In this document: piece by piece, positions 12,806 through 21,381 of the stretch
Numbering within the stretch: the stretch's first letter is position 1
Layout: every line of letters starts with the position of its first letter
NCBI GenBank assembly: GCA_033853615.1
Contig: JAWOLK010000036.1
Location: forward strand, 1-62,969
Reading direction: 5' to 3'
From: Beijerinckiaceae bacterium
Lineage (GTDB): Bacteria; Pseudomonadota; Alphaproteobacteria; Rhizobiales; Beijerinckiaceae
Length of the DNA stretch: 62,969 nt
The notes under the pieces: model-generated
Told to the model about the DNA's origin: nothing
Databases searched by the model: none
The model's input: the letters and a program-made list of their open reading frames with translations, nothing else
Position numbers and translations under genes: made by a program

Positions 12806-13534
12806 TTGTTCCATTGTCTGTCGAGTCTTTTGTCTATGCTCCGCAAAGGGGATGGATCCAGTCCAAAGCGACCCAACCGCCGGCCAAAAGGCGTCCCGCG
12901 TCTTGCCGGCGCCCTGCAACTCGCGGTCATCGGCCTTGCGTGCTCCCTGTCGAATCCGACGCCGGCTTCGGCCGTCGGCGGCGGGAAGTCGTTCTTTTTC
13001 GCAACCCGCGACGCCTGCTACGCCTCTGAGATATTCCGCAAATGGGAATGCGACAACGCCTTCGCCAATGCGGCCGAACAGATGCGCGACCACGCCCCGG
13101 GCTTCGAGTCGAAGGTCGAATGTCAGCTGCGTTTTCAACTCTGCGAACGGCGCCTCGAACAAGAGTCCGAGGCGGAGGTCGAGGTCGTCCGCTATGCGCC
13201 GGAAATGCTGGGCGTCGAGATCTTCAACGACCCCGCCGGCGTCATGACCGCCCCGGTGCTCGCCGTCGCCAATCCGCCCGGAATGTTCAAGGCGTCGCCG
13301 ATCGCCCGCACGCTCGCCCCGACCCCGGCCCCGCAGCCGGAAAAGGCGCCGAGCTCCATTTTGCCGGCGGACCGGTTTCAGCCGCTCTCGATCACCAAGG
13401 TCGGGCGCGGCTTTGCGCCCTTCGACTGGAGTGAGGCGCGCGAGCCGCCCGCGTCCCAGCAGTTCGAGAACGGCGACGACCAATCGCTCGCGCAACGCCG
13501 CGAAAGGCTCAGAAGCGCCCCATTCGTGGAATAA
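12806..13534 (+). CDS. Exported protein with DUF1190 (YgiB)-like Cys pattern
   Basis: Signal-like segment ending PTPASA, then F.TRDAC.......ECDNAFANA......APGFESKVECQLRFQLC, resembling DUF1190; Pro-rich C-terminus. True start probably downstream (e.g. ATG 12836). Confidence 0.6.
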   Translation: MFHCLSSLLSMLRKGDGSSPKRPNRRPKGVPRLAGALQLAVIGLACSLSNPTPASAVGGGKSFFFATRDACYASEIFRKWECDNAFANAAEQMRDHAPGFESKVECQLRFQLCERRLEQESEAEVEVVRYAPEMLGVEIFNDPAGVMTAPVLAVANPPGMFKASPIARTLAPTPAPQPEKAPSSILPADRFQPLSITKVGRGFAPFDWSEAREPPASQQFENGDDQSLAQRRERLRSAPFVE

Positions 13535-13668
13535 CAAGCTGCTTGGCGCTGGGAGCCCCAATCCGGCTTCGGCTCCAGGCAAGCGATTTTTGCGATTGTC
13601 GTTTGCTGACGACAGCTTTATCAAATCAGACGGATCAGACCGCCGGATTGGTCTGGAATGGAGGACGG

Positions 13669-14823
13669 ATGGCGCCGGCATCGGGAGCTTTCTGGAACAA
13701 GGAATTGTTCGGCGGCTCGACCTTCGGCCCTCTCGCGGCGCGCTTCTGGACTTGGTGGCGCGCAGAATTTCTCGAATTTTTCCCGCCCCCCACCCGCGCT
13801 TGGCTGCTCGACCGCGGCGACCGCAAATTCGTTCTGCGCGCCGACGGACCACGACAGCTCGCGCCGGCGAACCCCGGCCCCGAGGACGCGGCCCAGCCGA
13901 TCGGGCCGAACGAGCTGCGCGACATCACGCTCGACGAGGCGCTGGCCCGGCGCGGGCTGCGGCGCGACGCGACCAGCGTCATCCTCGAAATCGACAAATC
14001 GGCCTTCTTCGTCCGGCGCCTGGACATCCCCGCCTCGGCGCAGGGCAATCTCGCGCGCCTGCTCGCCAGCGAGCTGGAGCGCAAGACCCCGTTCCGTCCG
14101 GAACAGGTGTTGTTCGGCCATGTCGCCCGCCCCCACCAAGACAACGCCGAAAAGCTCAAGGTCGAGCAGTGGATCGTGCGCCGCGACCTCGTCGAGAAGG
14201 CGCTCGCGGGCTCTGGGCTCGGCATGGACGACATCGACCTCATCCAGCCGGCGCGCGGCGCCGAGGACCACGGCGAACCGCCGACCATTCCGCTGCGCAG
14301 CGCCAAGACCGACGACGCTTCGACCTGGTTCCGCAAAAGTGCGATCGGCCTGTGCGGCGCCGCCGCCTTCTTCGTGGCTCTGGGCGTCGGGGTCACGATG
14401 TGGCGCCAGGAGCAGCTGAACAGCGAGCTGGAAGCCAAGGTCGCCGATCTGTCGACCCGCGCCGCCAAGGTGCGCCAGCTGGCCGACCGCGCGACCGGCG
14501 AGAGCCAGCTGCTCGCGACGCTGCGCCAGGAGCGGGCCAAATATCCGCTGCTCGGCAACATATGGGAGGAGCTCTCCCGCATCCTGCCGGACGGGGCCTA
14601 TGTCACCGAGCTGCGCCTGTCCGAGGGACGGGGCGGCGAGCGCGTCGTCGATCTGATCGGCCTCGCCGATTCCGCGGTGGGCCTCCCCGCCCTCTTCGAC
14701 AAATCGCCGATTTTCTCGGACGCGGCGCTGACCTCGGCGATCACCCCCGATGCGCAGCAGAAGAAGGAAGGCTACTCGCTGCAAGCGAAAATCAAGCAGA
14801 CGAACATGGCGAAAGCGAAATGA
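13669..14823 (+). CDS. gspL: T2SS GspL / PilN-domain protein
   Basis: GGAGGA RBS; WTWWRAEF..FP N-terminus, ELERKTPF, one TM, coiled coil, EELSRILPDGAYVTEL ferredoxin-like domain typical of Xps-type GspL. Confidence 0.85.
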   Translation: MAPASGAFWNKELFGGSTFGPLAARFWTWWRAEFLEFFPPPTRAWLLDRGDRKFVLRADGPRQLAPANPGPEDAAQPIGPNELRDITLDEALARRGLRRDATSVILEIDKSAFFVRRLDIPASAQGNLARLLASELERKTPFRPEQVLFGHVARPHQDNAEKLKVEQWIVRRDLVEKALAGSGLGMDDIDLIQPARGAEDHGEPPTIPLRSAKTDDASTWFRKSAIGLCGAAAFFVALGVGVTMWRQEQLNSELEAKVADLSTRAAKVRQLADRATGESQLLATLRQERAKYPLLGNIWEELSRILPDGAYVTELRLSEGRGGERVVDLIGLADSAVGLPALFDKSPIFSDAALTSAITPDAQQKKEGYSLQAKIKQTNMAKAK

Positions 14824-15413
14824 ACGCACAGCAGCTTCTGCGCTCCCCCGCCGCCCGCCGCGGCCTGTTCATCGGCGCGAATATCGGCCTTCTGGGGCTT
14901 GTCTATCTTATTCTCGTCGCGCCGATCGCCGGCTATCTCTCGGACCGGGCCGAGCGCTTGGCCGATCTGCAAACGACGCTGGCGCGCTATGAGGCGGTCG
15001 CCGCGCAGGAAGACGCAGTGCAGAAATACGCCGGCCAGGTGGCCGAGACCAATACGCGCGGCGAATTGATCGCCGGCGAGAGCGAGGGCATCGTCAACGC
15101 CAACCTTCAGGCCCGCCTCAAGGCCGTGTCGGAGAGCGCCGGCGTCACGGTGCGGTCGATCCAGAGCATTCCGGTGAAGGCCATTCGCGGCGCCTCGCTG
15201 TACGGGGCGCGCCTCGAAGTGACAGGTTCGCTGGAGGCTATTCACACGCTGACCCGCAATCTCGAGAGCGAGCCGCCGTTGTTGCTGGTCACAGCCGCGA
15301 CGCTGCGGGGCGAGGCGAATATGTGGGGCGCGCCGCAAAACCCCGAGGACCAGCACAATATCGACGGGCAATTCGACGTTTACGGCGGGGCCGCACTGAA
15401 AGACCATTCATGA
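14820..15413 (+). CDS. gspM: T2SS GspM
   Basis: ATGA overlap with gspL; N-terminal TM, coiled coil, ANLQARLK...GVTVRS...LESEPPLLLV ferredoxin-like domain. Confidence 0.82.
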   Translation: MNAQQLLRSPAARRGLFIGANIGLLGLVYLILVAPIAGYLSDRAERLADLQTTLARYEAVAAQEDAVQKYAGQVAETNTRGELIAGESEGIVNANLQARLKAVSESAGVTVRSIQSIPVKAIRGASLYGARLEVTGSLEAIHTLTRNLESEPPLLLVTAATLRGEANMWGAPQNPEDQHNIDGQFDVYGGAALKDHS

Positions 15414-15952
15414 GAGCCGGAATGATCCTGCGTCCGGACCGCTTCAAAGAGGCGCTCGTCGCGCTGCGGCTCTCGCCGCTGATGATGATGGCGCTCGGCG
15501 GTCTCGCCGCTACCGCCCTGGGCTGCGCTATTTTCGCGCTGTCCTCTTTCTGGGCGCCGACCCTTGCGCCGCCGCCGGCGAATTCGGAATGGCGGCCGCC
15601 CTCTCTCGACGCCGACAGCGCCGACGCCGGCAAAGCGCCGAGCGAGGACAAGGAAACCTTGTCGCGGCCGATCTTCTTCAAGAACCGCCGCCCGCAACCG
15701 CGCCCCGCGGCCGGCGCGGCGCGCGCCCAGACGGCGCAGCCGGCCGAAGGCCTGTCGCTCGGGGCGATCATCAAATTTCGGGATGCGGGCCGGGCGCTGG
15801 TCGTCACCACCGCCTCGCCCGAGGGCAAATGGCTGGAGACGGGAGACAATATCGACGGCTGGACCGTCCAGAGCATCGAGCGCTCAGAGTTGACGCTGCA
15901 CAATGGAGAGCAAACCGTTGTTTTGAAGCTATATCCCGATGGTTCGAACTAG
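15410..15952 (+). CDS. Bitopic T2SS accessory protein (GspC/GspN-like, XpsN type)
   Basis: ATGA overlap with gspM; one TM, Pro-rich linker, RPIFFKNRRP and L.G.I......A...W...GD.IDGWTV.SI motif of the GspC HR/PilP-like domain. Confidence 0.7.
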   Translation: MRAGMILRPDRFKEALVALRLSPLMMMALGGLAATALGCAIFALSSFWAPTLAPPPANSEWRPPSLDADSADAGKAPSEDKETLSRPIFFKNRRPQPRPAAGAARAQTAQPAEGLSLGAIIKFRDAGRALVVTTASPEGKWLETGDNIDGWTVQSIERSELTLHNGEQTVVLKLYPDGSN

Positions 15953-16107
15953 CAGGGGTAAGCAATAATACGTAGAAAAATCCTGTTTCCGCCACATCTT
16001 ATGGCGGTCGCAATTTACCCTTATTCGCAAATTGGATCGCGTCGCGGCACGGGCGGGCTTTCGCTTTATTACAGCTGGCCATACCCTCTAAGTAGGGAAA
16101 CTGGAAT

Positions 16108-18648
16108 ATGAATTCCGCCCGTGTTATCGAGCTTAAGTTAATCGGAAAGTGGGTTGTGTCCGCCGTGAGTCAACGGGTTGTTCGAGCATTTGCATTGACC
16201 GCGGCCGTCGTCGCTGTGACGGGTTGCGAGAGCACCGGCGACCCGCCGGTCGCGCAATGGAGCGCAGCGCCCATTCATTCGCCCGCCGAGCTTCGCGGCG
16301 GCGAAAAGGCGGGAGGACGCGGCGGCGGCGCCGGCGGCGTGCCGGTCCTCAGCTCGGGCCGCGGCGGCAAGGCGGAGGTGGTCAGCGGCAGCGGCAAGCT
16401 GATCGGCGCCGGCCGCACCCGCCAGATGGATACAAGCCCCGAGGGCGAGGAAGGCGTCACGCTCAATCTCGTCAATGTGCCGATCCCCCAGGCGGCCAAG
16501 ATCGTGCTCGGCGACATCGCCGGGATCGACTATGTCGTGGACCCGAAGCTCGAAGGGAAAGTTACCGTCCACACCGCGAAGCCGGTCCGCAAAGCCGCCG
16601 CCATCGAGCTGTTCGAGTCGGCGCTGCGGGTGAGCGGCGCCGCTGTCGTGGACAGCGGCGGGCTTTATAAAATCGTGCCCGCTGATCAGGCGGCGACCGC
16701 CGGCGGCCCGATTTCCGCCGGAAAGAGCGAGGCGTCGCTGCAGAAGATCGGCGACGGCGCCCGCGTCATTCAGCTCAAATATGTCTCGGCGGCCGAGATG
16801 AAGCGGCTGCTCGATCCGATTTCCGCCAAGGGCGGCGTCGTGCGCGCGGACGAGGGCCGCAACACGCTGACGCTGAGCGGCACTGCGCAGGAGATCGCCG
16901 CTCTCCAGGACACGATCCAGATGTTCGACATCGACACGATGCGGGGCATGTCTTTCGCCCTCGTGCCGGTGAAGAGCTCGGATCCCGACGCCCTGGCCGA
17001 GGATCTGCGCAACGTCTTCGGCTCGGAGCGGGAAGGCCCGATGACCGGGATGATCCGCTTCATCGGCAATAAGCGGCTCTCGGCCATTTTGGCCATTTCG
17101 CCCCAGGCGCAGTACCTCAGCCGGGCGCGCGCCTGGATTCAGCGGCTCGACGCGCGCGCCGCGGGCGGCGAGAAGCAGTTCTACAGCTACCGCGTGCAAA
17201 ATCGTCCGGCGAAAGAGCTGCTGACCGTGATCAGCAACATGTTCGGCGGCGGCGAGGCCGGCGGCAAAGGCGCGGGCATCTCGCCGCGCTTCGGCGCCTC
17301 GACCGCCGGGACCGGCGGCGGCGCCTTCGGCGGCCTCGGCGGCAGCTCGGCGAGCCCGCTTGGCTCGATCGGCGGGCCGGGACAAAGTTCGCCCACCATG
17401 GGCGGCGGCGGCGGGCTCGGCTCCTCGACGAGCCTAACCGGGTCGAGCGGCTCAGCCTCCGGCATGGGAACGAGCGGCGGCGGACTCGGCAGCTCCGGCG
17501 GGCTGGGCAGCTCCGGCGGGCTCGGTTCGAGCGGCGGCGGCGGCGGCGGCCTCTTCGGCGGCGGCGGGCCCGGCGCGTCGTCGACCCAGGGCGGTCCCGG
17601 CGGACCAGGCGGCCCGCAGGCGGTCTCGCTCGGCGAAGATCGCTGGAAACTCGCGGTGGACGAGGCGAAGAACGCCCTCGTCATCATGGCGACTCCGGAC
17701 GACTACAAAAAGATCGTTCGCGTCATCGAGACGCTCGACGTGTTGCCGAACCAGGTCTACATCGAAGCGACGATCGCTGAGGTCTCGCTGACCGACGACA
17801 TGCGCTTCGGCGTCAAGTGGTTCTTCAACAAGAACGCGTCGAACGTCGCTTTTTCCAATCGGTCGACGCCCCCGAATCCAGCCAATGATTCGCTTGGCAA
17901 CAATCTGCTCGGCGCCGATGTCGGCGCATCGTTCCCCGGCTTCAATTACGCGCTGCGCGCCGGCAGCGCCATGGCGACGCTGAGCGCGCTCAACACCATC
18001 ACCAATGTGAACATCATCTCGACGCCGTCGCTGACGGTGCTCGACAACCGCGAGGCGGTGTTGCAGGTCGGCGACCAGGTGCCGATCCAAACGCTCACCG
18101 GCGCCACCGCCGGCGGCGGCGGCGTGAACACATTCAACTCCGTGACCTACCGCGACACCGGCATCATCCTGACGATCACGCCGCATATCAGCGAGAGCGG
18201 CCGCTTGATGCTGGAGCTGGTCCAGGAGATCTCCACACCCGTCAGATCGAGCGCGGCGGATACGACGCCGACGATTCATCAGCGGCGGGTCAAGACGCAG
18301 GTCGTCGTCAACGACAGCGAATCGCTGGTCCTCGGCGGATTGATCGAGAACCAACACGACCGCAGCGCCGATCAAACGCCCGTCGCCGGCGACCTTCCGA
18401 TCGTCGGCAACCTCTTCAAGGTCAAAAGCGATAGCGGCCAGAAGCGAGAGCTGATCATCATGATCACGCCGCATGTGGTGCGTTCGCTGAACGAGGCGCG
18501 CGAGATCACCGACGAGTTCAAACGCAAGATGCTGAGCATCTCGACCAAGGCGGTGACGCGTCCGCACGACATCGAGCAATCGACGCGGCGCGTGCTGCTC
18601 GACGAATGGTCCGTCAGCCCCTATCCTGCGGACAAATATTCGCGCTAA
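16108..18648 (+). CDS. gspD: T2SS secretin GspD, probable lipoprotein (liposecretin)
   Basis: N0 (LNLVNVPI...YVVDP...GKVTV), N1-N3, LDV.PNQVYIEATIAEV, STPSLTVLDN, VGDQVPI, GDLPIVGNLF, ELIIMITPHVV; lipobox VTG|C. Start may be GTG 16156. Confidence 0.96.
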   Translation: MNSARVIELKLIGKWVVSAVSQRVVRAFALTAAVVAVTGCESTGDPPVAQWSAAPIHSPAELRGGEKAGGRGGGAGGVPVLSSGRGGKAEVVSGSGKLIGAGRTRQMDTSPEGEEGVTLNLVNVPIPQAAKIVLGDIAGIDYVVDPKLEGKVTVHTAKPVRKAAAIELFESALRVSGAAVVDSGGLYKIVPADQAATAGGPISAGKSEASLQKIGDGARVIQLKYVSAAEMKRLLDPISAKGGVVRADEGRNTLTLSGTAQEIAALQDTIQMFDIDTMRGMSFALVPVKSSDPDALAEDLRNVFGSEREGPMTGMIRFIGNKRLSAILAISPQAQYLSRARAWIQRLDARAAGGEKQFYSYRVQNRPAKELLTVISNMFGGGEAGGKGAGISPRFGASTAGTGGGAFGGLGGSSASPLGSIGGPGQSSPTMGGGGGLGSSTSLTGSSGSASGMGTSGGGLGSSGGLGSSGGLGSSGGGGGGLFGGGGPGASSTQGGPGGPGGPQAVSLGEDRWKLAVDEAKNALVIMATPDDYKKIVRVIETLDVLPNQVYIEATIAEVSLTDDMRFGVKWFFNKNASNVAFSNRSTPPNPANDSLGNNLLGADVGASFPGFNYALRAGSAMATLSALNTITNVNIISTPSLTVLDNREAVLQVGDQVPIQTLTGATAGGGGVNTFNSVTYRDTGIILTITPHISESGRLMLELVQEISTPVRSSAADTTPTIHQRRVKTQVVVNDSESLVLGGLIENQHDRSADQTPVAGDLPIVGNLFKVKSDSGQKRELIIMITPHVVRSLNEAREITDEFKRKMLSISTKAVTRPHDIEQSTRRVLLDEWSVSPYPADKYSR
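17479..17532 (+). repeat. Three tandem 18-nt units (GGLGSS x3) inside the gspD Gly/Ser-rich insertion
   Basis: ggcggactcggcagctcc / ggcgggctgggcagctcc / ggcgggctcggttcgagc. Confidence 0.8.
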
Positions 18649-18760
18649 GGCCTTTTCCCGGTCCGATCGCATCGGACCGGGGGCCCTTTTCTTTTCTTGT
18701 CTTTCCTTGGGCGTTTTTCTTTATCCCGGACGGGTTTCCGCTCCGGCGAAAAACGCTCTG
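18645..18760. repeat. ~115-bp palindromic intergenic element (RIME/CIR/Bru-RS-like); first hairpin can act as gspD terminator
   Basis: Hairpin 1 CCCGGTCCGAT-cgc-ATCGGACCGGG, pyrimidine linker, hairpin 2 GGGCGTTTTTC...GAAAAACGCTC; overlaps the gspD stop; alignable copy at 52475-52569. Confidence 0.6.
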
Positions 18761-18961
18761 AAGCAATCACCAGCGCAGTGACGAAGCCATCCGGGGCCGC
18801 CCTGCGGCTCGGGATCTCAGGCGATTAGCCCCGCGGCGCGGCAAGCTAGCCTCGCGGTGGCGTGCGAAACGGGCTCCTGCTCGGTTTTTTCTAGGGCGCC
18901 GCGCGCATTCGGCGCGAGCCTGCGCTCTCCTGCCCGCTCAGGGGCCGCGTCTCGCGCGCCG

Positions 18962-19972
18962 TCAGCACTCCGGGGCGCCGGCGGAGCCCCGCTGCAGCAG
19001 GGCGCGCAATTCTTCGAGATGGCGGGGCGCGCCGTGGCGAAACTCCCGCAGCGCATAGGGCCCGCTTTCGGAGCCTTGCGTGTCGATGATCGCTTCGCGG
19101 ACGGCGACGTGGCCGGCAGGGAGGATCGCTTCTGCGTGGATGGTGAAAGCGCCCGACGTGCCCGGCTGCTTGAAGGACTCGGGAAAGCGCGGATCGCGTC
19201 GGTCGACCTGTCGACCGGCGAAAGCGGCGCGCACATCCTCCGGGGACAAGCCGGCGAGGGCGGCAAAGAGGGCGGATGACGCGGCCTGCGGATCGATCCC
19301 CGGGCGGCGCGAGTAGACCGTGACGAAAGGCAGCGTCTGGCGGAACAGCTCCGAGTCGACGCCCACCACCTGATCGAGCTCCAGCGTCGACTGAAACAGC
19401 CCGCGCTTCGGGCCGAAGGGCTTGCCGGCGGCGTCATATTCCGGCGCCTTTTGCGAGAGGTCGTTCATCGGCGTCGTGCGGAAGGCGATGATCGCTTCCG
19501 CAAGCTTGTTCGCGGCCTGCTTGCCTAGCCCCAAGCCGTTGAACAACGCCTGCAACATATCGGCCTGGGCGCTGTTGAGGTCGACCTTGCCCGCCTCATC
19601 CTGGACCTCGACCGCGAGGAGAGCGCCCTCCAGGCTGCAGAAACGCGGCTGCCCGTCATGCGTCGGCTGCTCTGGAGTCTGCGCCGCGAAACCCTGCTCT
19701 CTCTCGCGCAGCAGCGTCAGCGCCGCGGCGTTGATCGCGCCCTCGGCGACGAGCGCCGCCTGCGCGGCGCCGGCGATATTGGAGGCGGCTTGCAGCCGAA
19801 AGCGCGCGCCGGTCATGAAGGAGACGACCAGCATCCCGATGACGCCGAGGCCCCAGATCACGACGAGCAAAGCGAAACCGCCGCGGCGGGAGCGCGGCGG
19901 CGGTCGGCGGGGGCGCCCACGCGGAGCCCTTTCGCTCCGCGCGACGCCGGCAGGCGGGCGCTTATCGTCCAT
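18962..19972 (-). CDS. gspK: T2SS minor pseudopilin GspK
   Basis: GG|FALLVVIW (no Glu5, typical of GspK), QDEAGKVDLN, FQSTLELDQVVGV, PFVTVYS. Confidence 0.9.
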   Translation of the reverse strand: MDDKRPPAGVARSERAPRGRPRRPPPRSRRGGFALLVVIWGLGVIGMLVVSFMTGARFRLQAASNIAGAAQAALVAEGAINAAALTLLREREQGFAAQTPEQPTHDGQPRFCSLEGALLAVEVQDEAGKVDLNSAQADMLQALFNGLGLGKQAANKLAEAIIAFRTTPMNDLSQKAPEYDAAGKPFGPKRGLFQSTLELDQVVGVDSELFRQTLPFVTVYSRRPGIDPQAASSALFAALAGLSPEDVRAAFAGRQVDRRDPRFPESFKQPGTSGAFTIHAEAILPAGHVAVREAIIDTQGSESGPYALREFRHGAPRHLEELRALLQRGSAGAPEC

Positions 19973-19992
19973 GGCCGGACGGCCGGGCTCCT

Positions 19993-20454
19993 TTAGCGCG
20001 CCGCGGCGTCGCGGCTGCGCGTGACCGTCGCCTTGCCCTCGCGTCCCTCGGGGCCGAGCGAGCCGATTTCATAAGGCGCGCTCTGCCCCGGCGCGCGGTA
20101 AAGATAGTCGTGGCCCCAGGGGTCTTTCGGCACACCGGCCGTCTTGAGATAAGGCCCGTTCCAGGAGCTGACGGCCGGCGGCCGATGCACGAGGGCGCCC
20201 AGCCCCTCCTCGCTCGAGGGGTAGCGGCCGGCGTCGAGATAGAAGAGGTCGAGGGCGCTCGACAGATTCTCCATTTGAATCTGCGCGCTCTTCACCTTGG
20301 ATTCAGAGAGGTAGTTCAGGACGCGCGGTCCGACGAGGCCGACGATCGAGCCGATGATCGCCAGAACGACCAGCATTTCGACGAGGGTGAAGCCGGCGTT
20401 GCGGCGCTTGCCGGGCGCCCGACGCGCCAAGCGCGGGGTCTTGGAGGAAGGCAT
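19993..20454 (-). CDS. gspG: T2SS major pseudopilin GspG
   Basis: AG|FTLVEMLVVLAIIG, ALDLFYLDAGRYPS.EEGL.AL, WNGPYL, PKDPWG.DY.Y..PG, SLGPEG. Alternative starts 20481/20508. Confidence 0.95.
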   Translation of the reverse strand: MPSSKTPRLARRAPGKRRNAGFTLVEMLVVLAIIGSIVGLVGPRVLNYLSESKVKSAQIQMENLSSALDLFYLDAGRYPSSEEGLGALVHRPPAVSSWNGPYLKTAGVPKDPWGHDYLYRAPGQSAPYEIGSLGPEGREGKATVTRSRDAAAR

Positions 20455-20749
20455 TTTGTCCGTCGAGGTCTCGAGCAGCATCGTTTCTCTCATTGAGCCG
20501 AGGGTCATGAGTGGCGGAACCCGGCGGCGCGGCCGCGTTGCAATTTCAACGCGGGCGCGCCCGTCTCATTGTTTTCAAAGGACGTCCCGCCGTGAGACGC
20601 GCAGCCGGGGCGGGACGCTCCATAGCCCGTAAGGGACATTAAGTTACCTCCCCGCGCAAGACAATCGCCGCCTGCCGCTTGTTCGAAAGTTGAGCATGGC
20701 CTATCCTGTCGGCAAGCCTCAGAAGAAACTGTAACAGGAAAAGACGTCC

Positions 20750-21139
20750 TTGCTTTACAACGCCGCAAAAGCCTTGCTTTTCCTGGCGCTCAGCCACTCC
20801 CCCGGCGTCGAGCCCGCCGGCTCCAGCCCCGCCGGCTCCGGCATCAGCATGACGCCGGACGCCCTGATGCATTACTCTTACTGCATCAGCTCCGCGAAGG
20901 ACCGCAATGCGGTCATCGATCTCGAGCGCTTCGTCCTCTATCGCTGCCACGGCGACATCGCCATCTCCTACTACAATTATCTCGGCCGCATGCATGCGCG
21001 GGAAACCATCGCGCGCGAGGACGTCGGCCTGTTCACCTATCGCTTCATCACCGGCATCGGCCGCTGCTGGTACAAGACCCAGGACGCCGCCGGCCTGCCG
21101 GTGTCGGAATATGGCTGCGACGTTTACGTCGAGATCTGA
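20750..21139 (+). CDS. Hypothetical exported protein with four Cys
   Basis: TTG start with AGGAAA upstream; N-terminal hydrophobic stretch; strongly C/G-ending codons support coding; Tyr/Cys-rich mature part; no family recognised. Confidence 0.7.
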   Translation: MLYNAAKALLFLALSHSPGVEPAGSSPAGSGISMTPDALMHYSYCISSAKDRNAVIDLERFVLYRCHGDIAISYYNYLGRMHARETIAREDVGLFTYRFITGIGRCWYKTQDAAGLPVSEYGCDVYVEI

Positions 21140-21280
21140 AAGCGCGGCGCGACGGCGGCGCGCTCTGTAACGCCGCCGCGCCCAAGGCGCTTCGACTCCT
21201 CGCCCTTTGCGGGCGGCGCGCCTCCCGCTTCCTTCCGGCGCCTTCCTTCCGGCGCCGCTGGCGCTGCGACGCCTCTTGCG

Positions 21281-21295
21281 GAACGCACCACGAAC
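21281..21295 (+). promoter_or_regulatory. Alphaproteobacterial LexA (SOS) box upstream of lexA
   Basis: GAAC-gcaccac-GAAC matches GAAC-N7-GAAC, ~87 nt before the lexA ATG. Confidence 0.85.
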
Positions 21296-21381
21296 AGATA
21301 TGCTCCGTTCATGATTTGTCTTTGAGCGCCGCCGAGCGCTCGGCTCGCGCAGAAATGCGCGGACACCGTGGGCTTTTCCAA

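Noticed and set aside
10921-13029. 702-aa plus-strand ORF
   Set aside because: Antisense shadow of gspE.
9252-15413. Long ORF-track calls 9252..10835, 8803..9555 and 13413..15413 as fusion proteins
   Set aside because: Only their 3' parts are real (gspH, gspI, gspM); internal ATGs overlap the upstream stops or gene ends.
7569-20508. Cluster as type IV, Tad or competence pilus
   Set aside because: GspG, GspK, GspL/M and N0-N3 GspD signatures are T2SS-specific; no PilT, Flp or CpaB.
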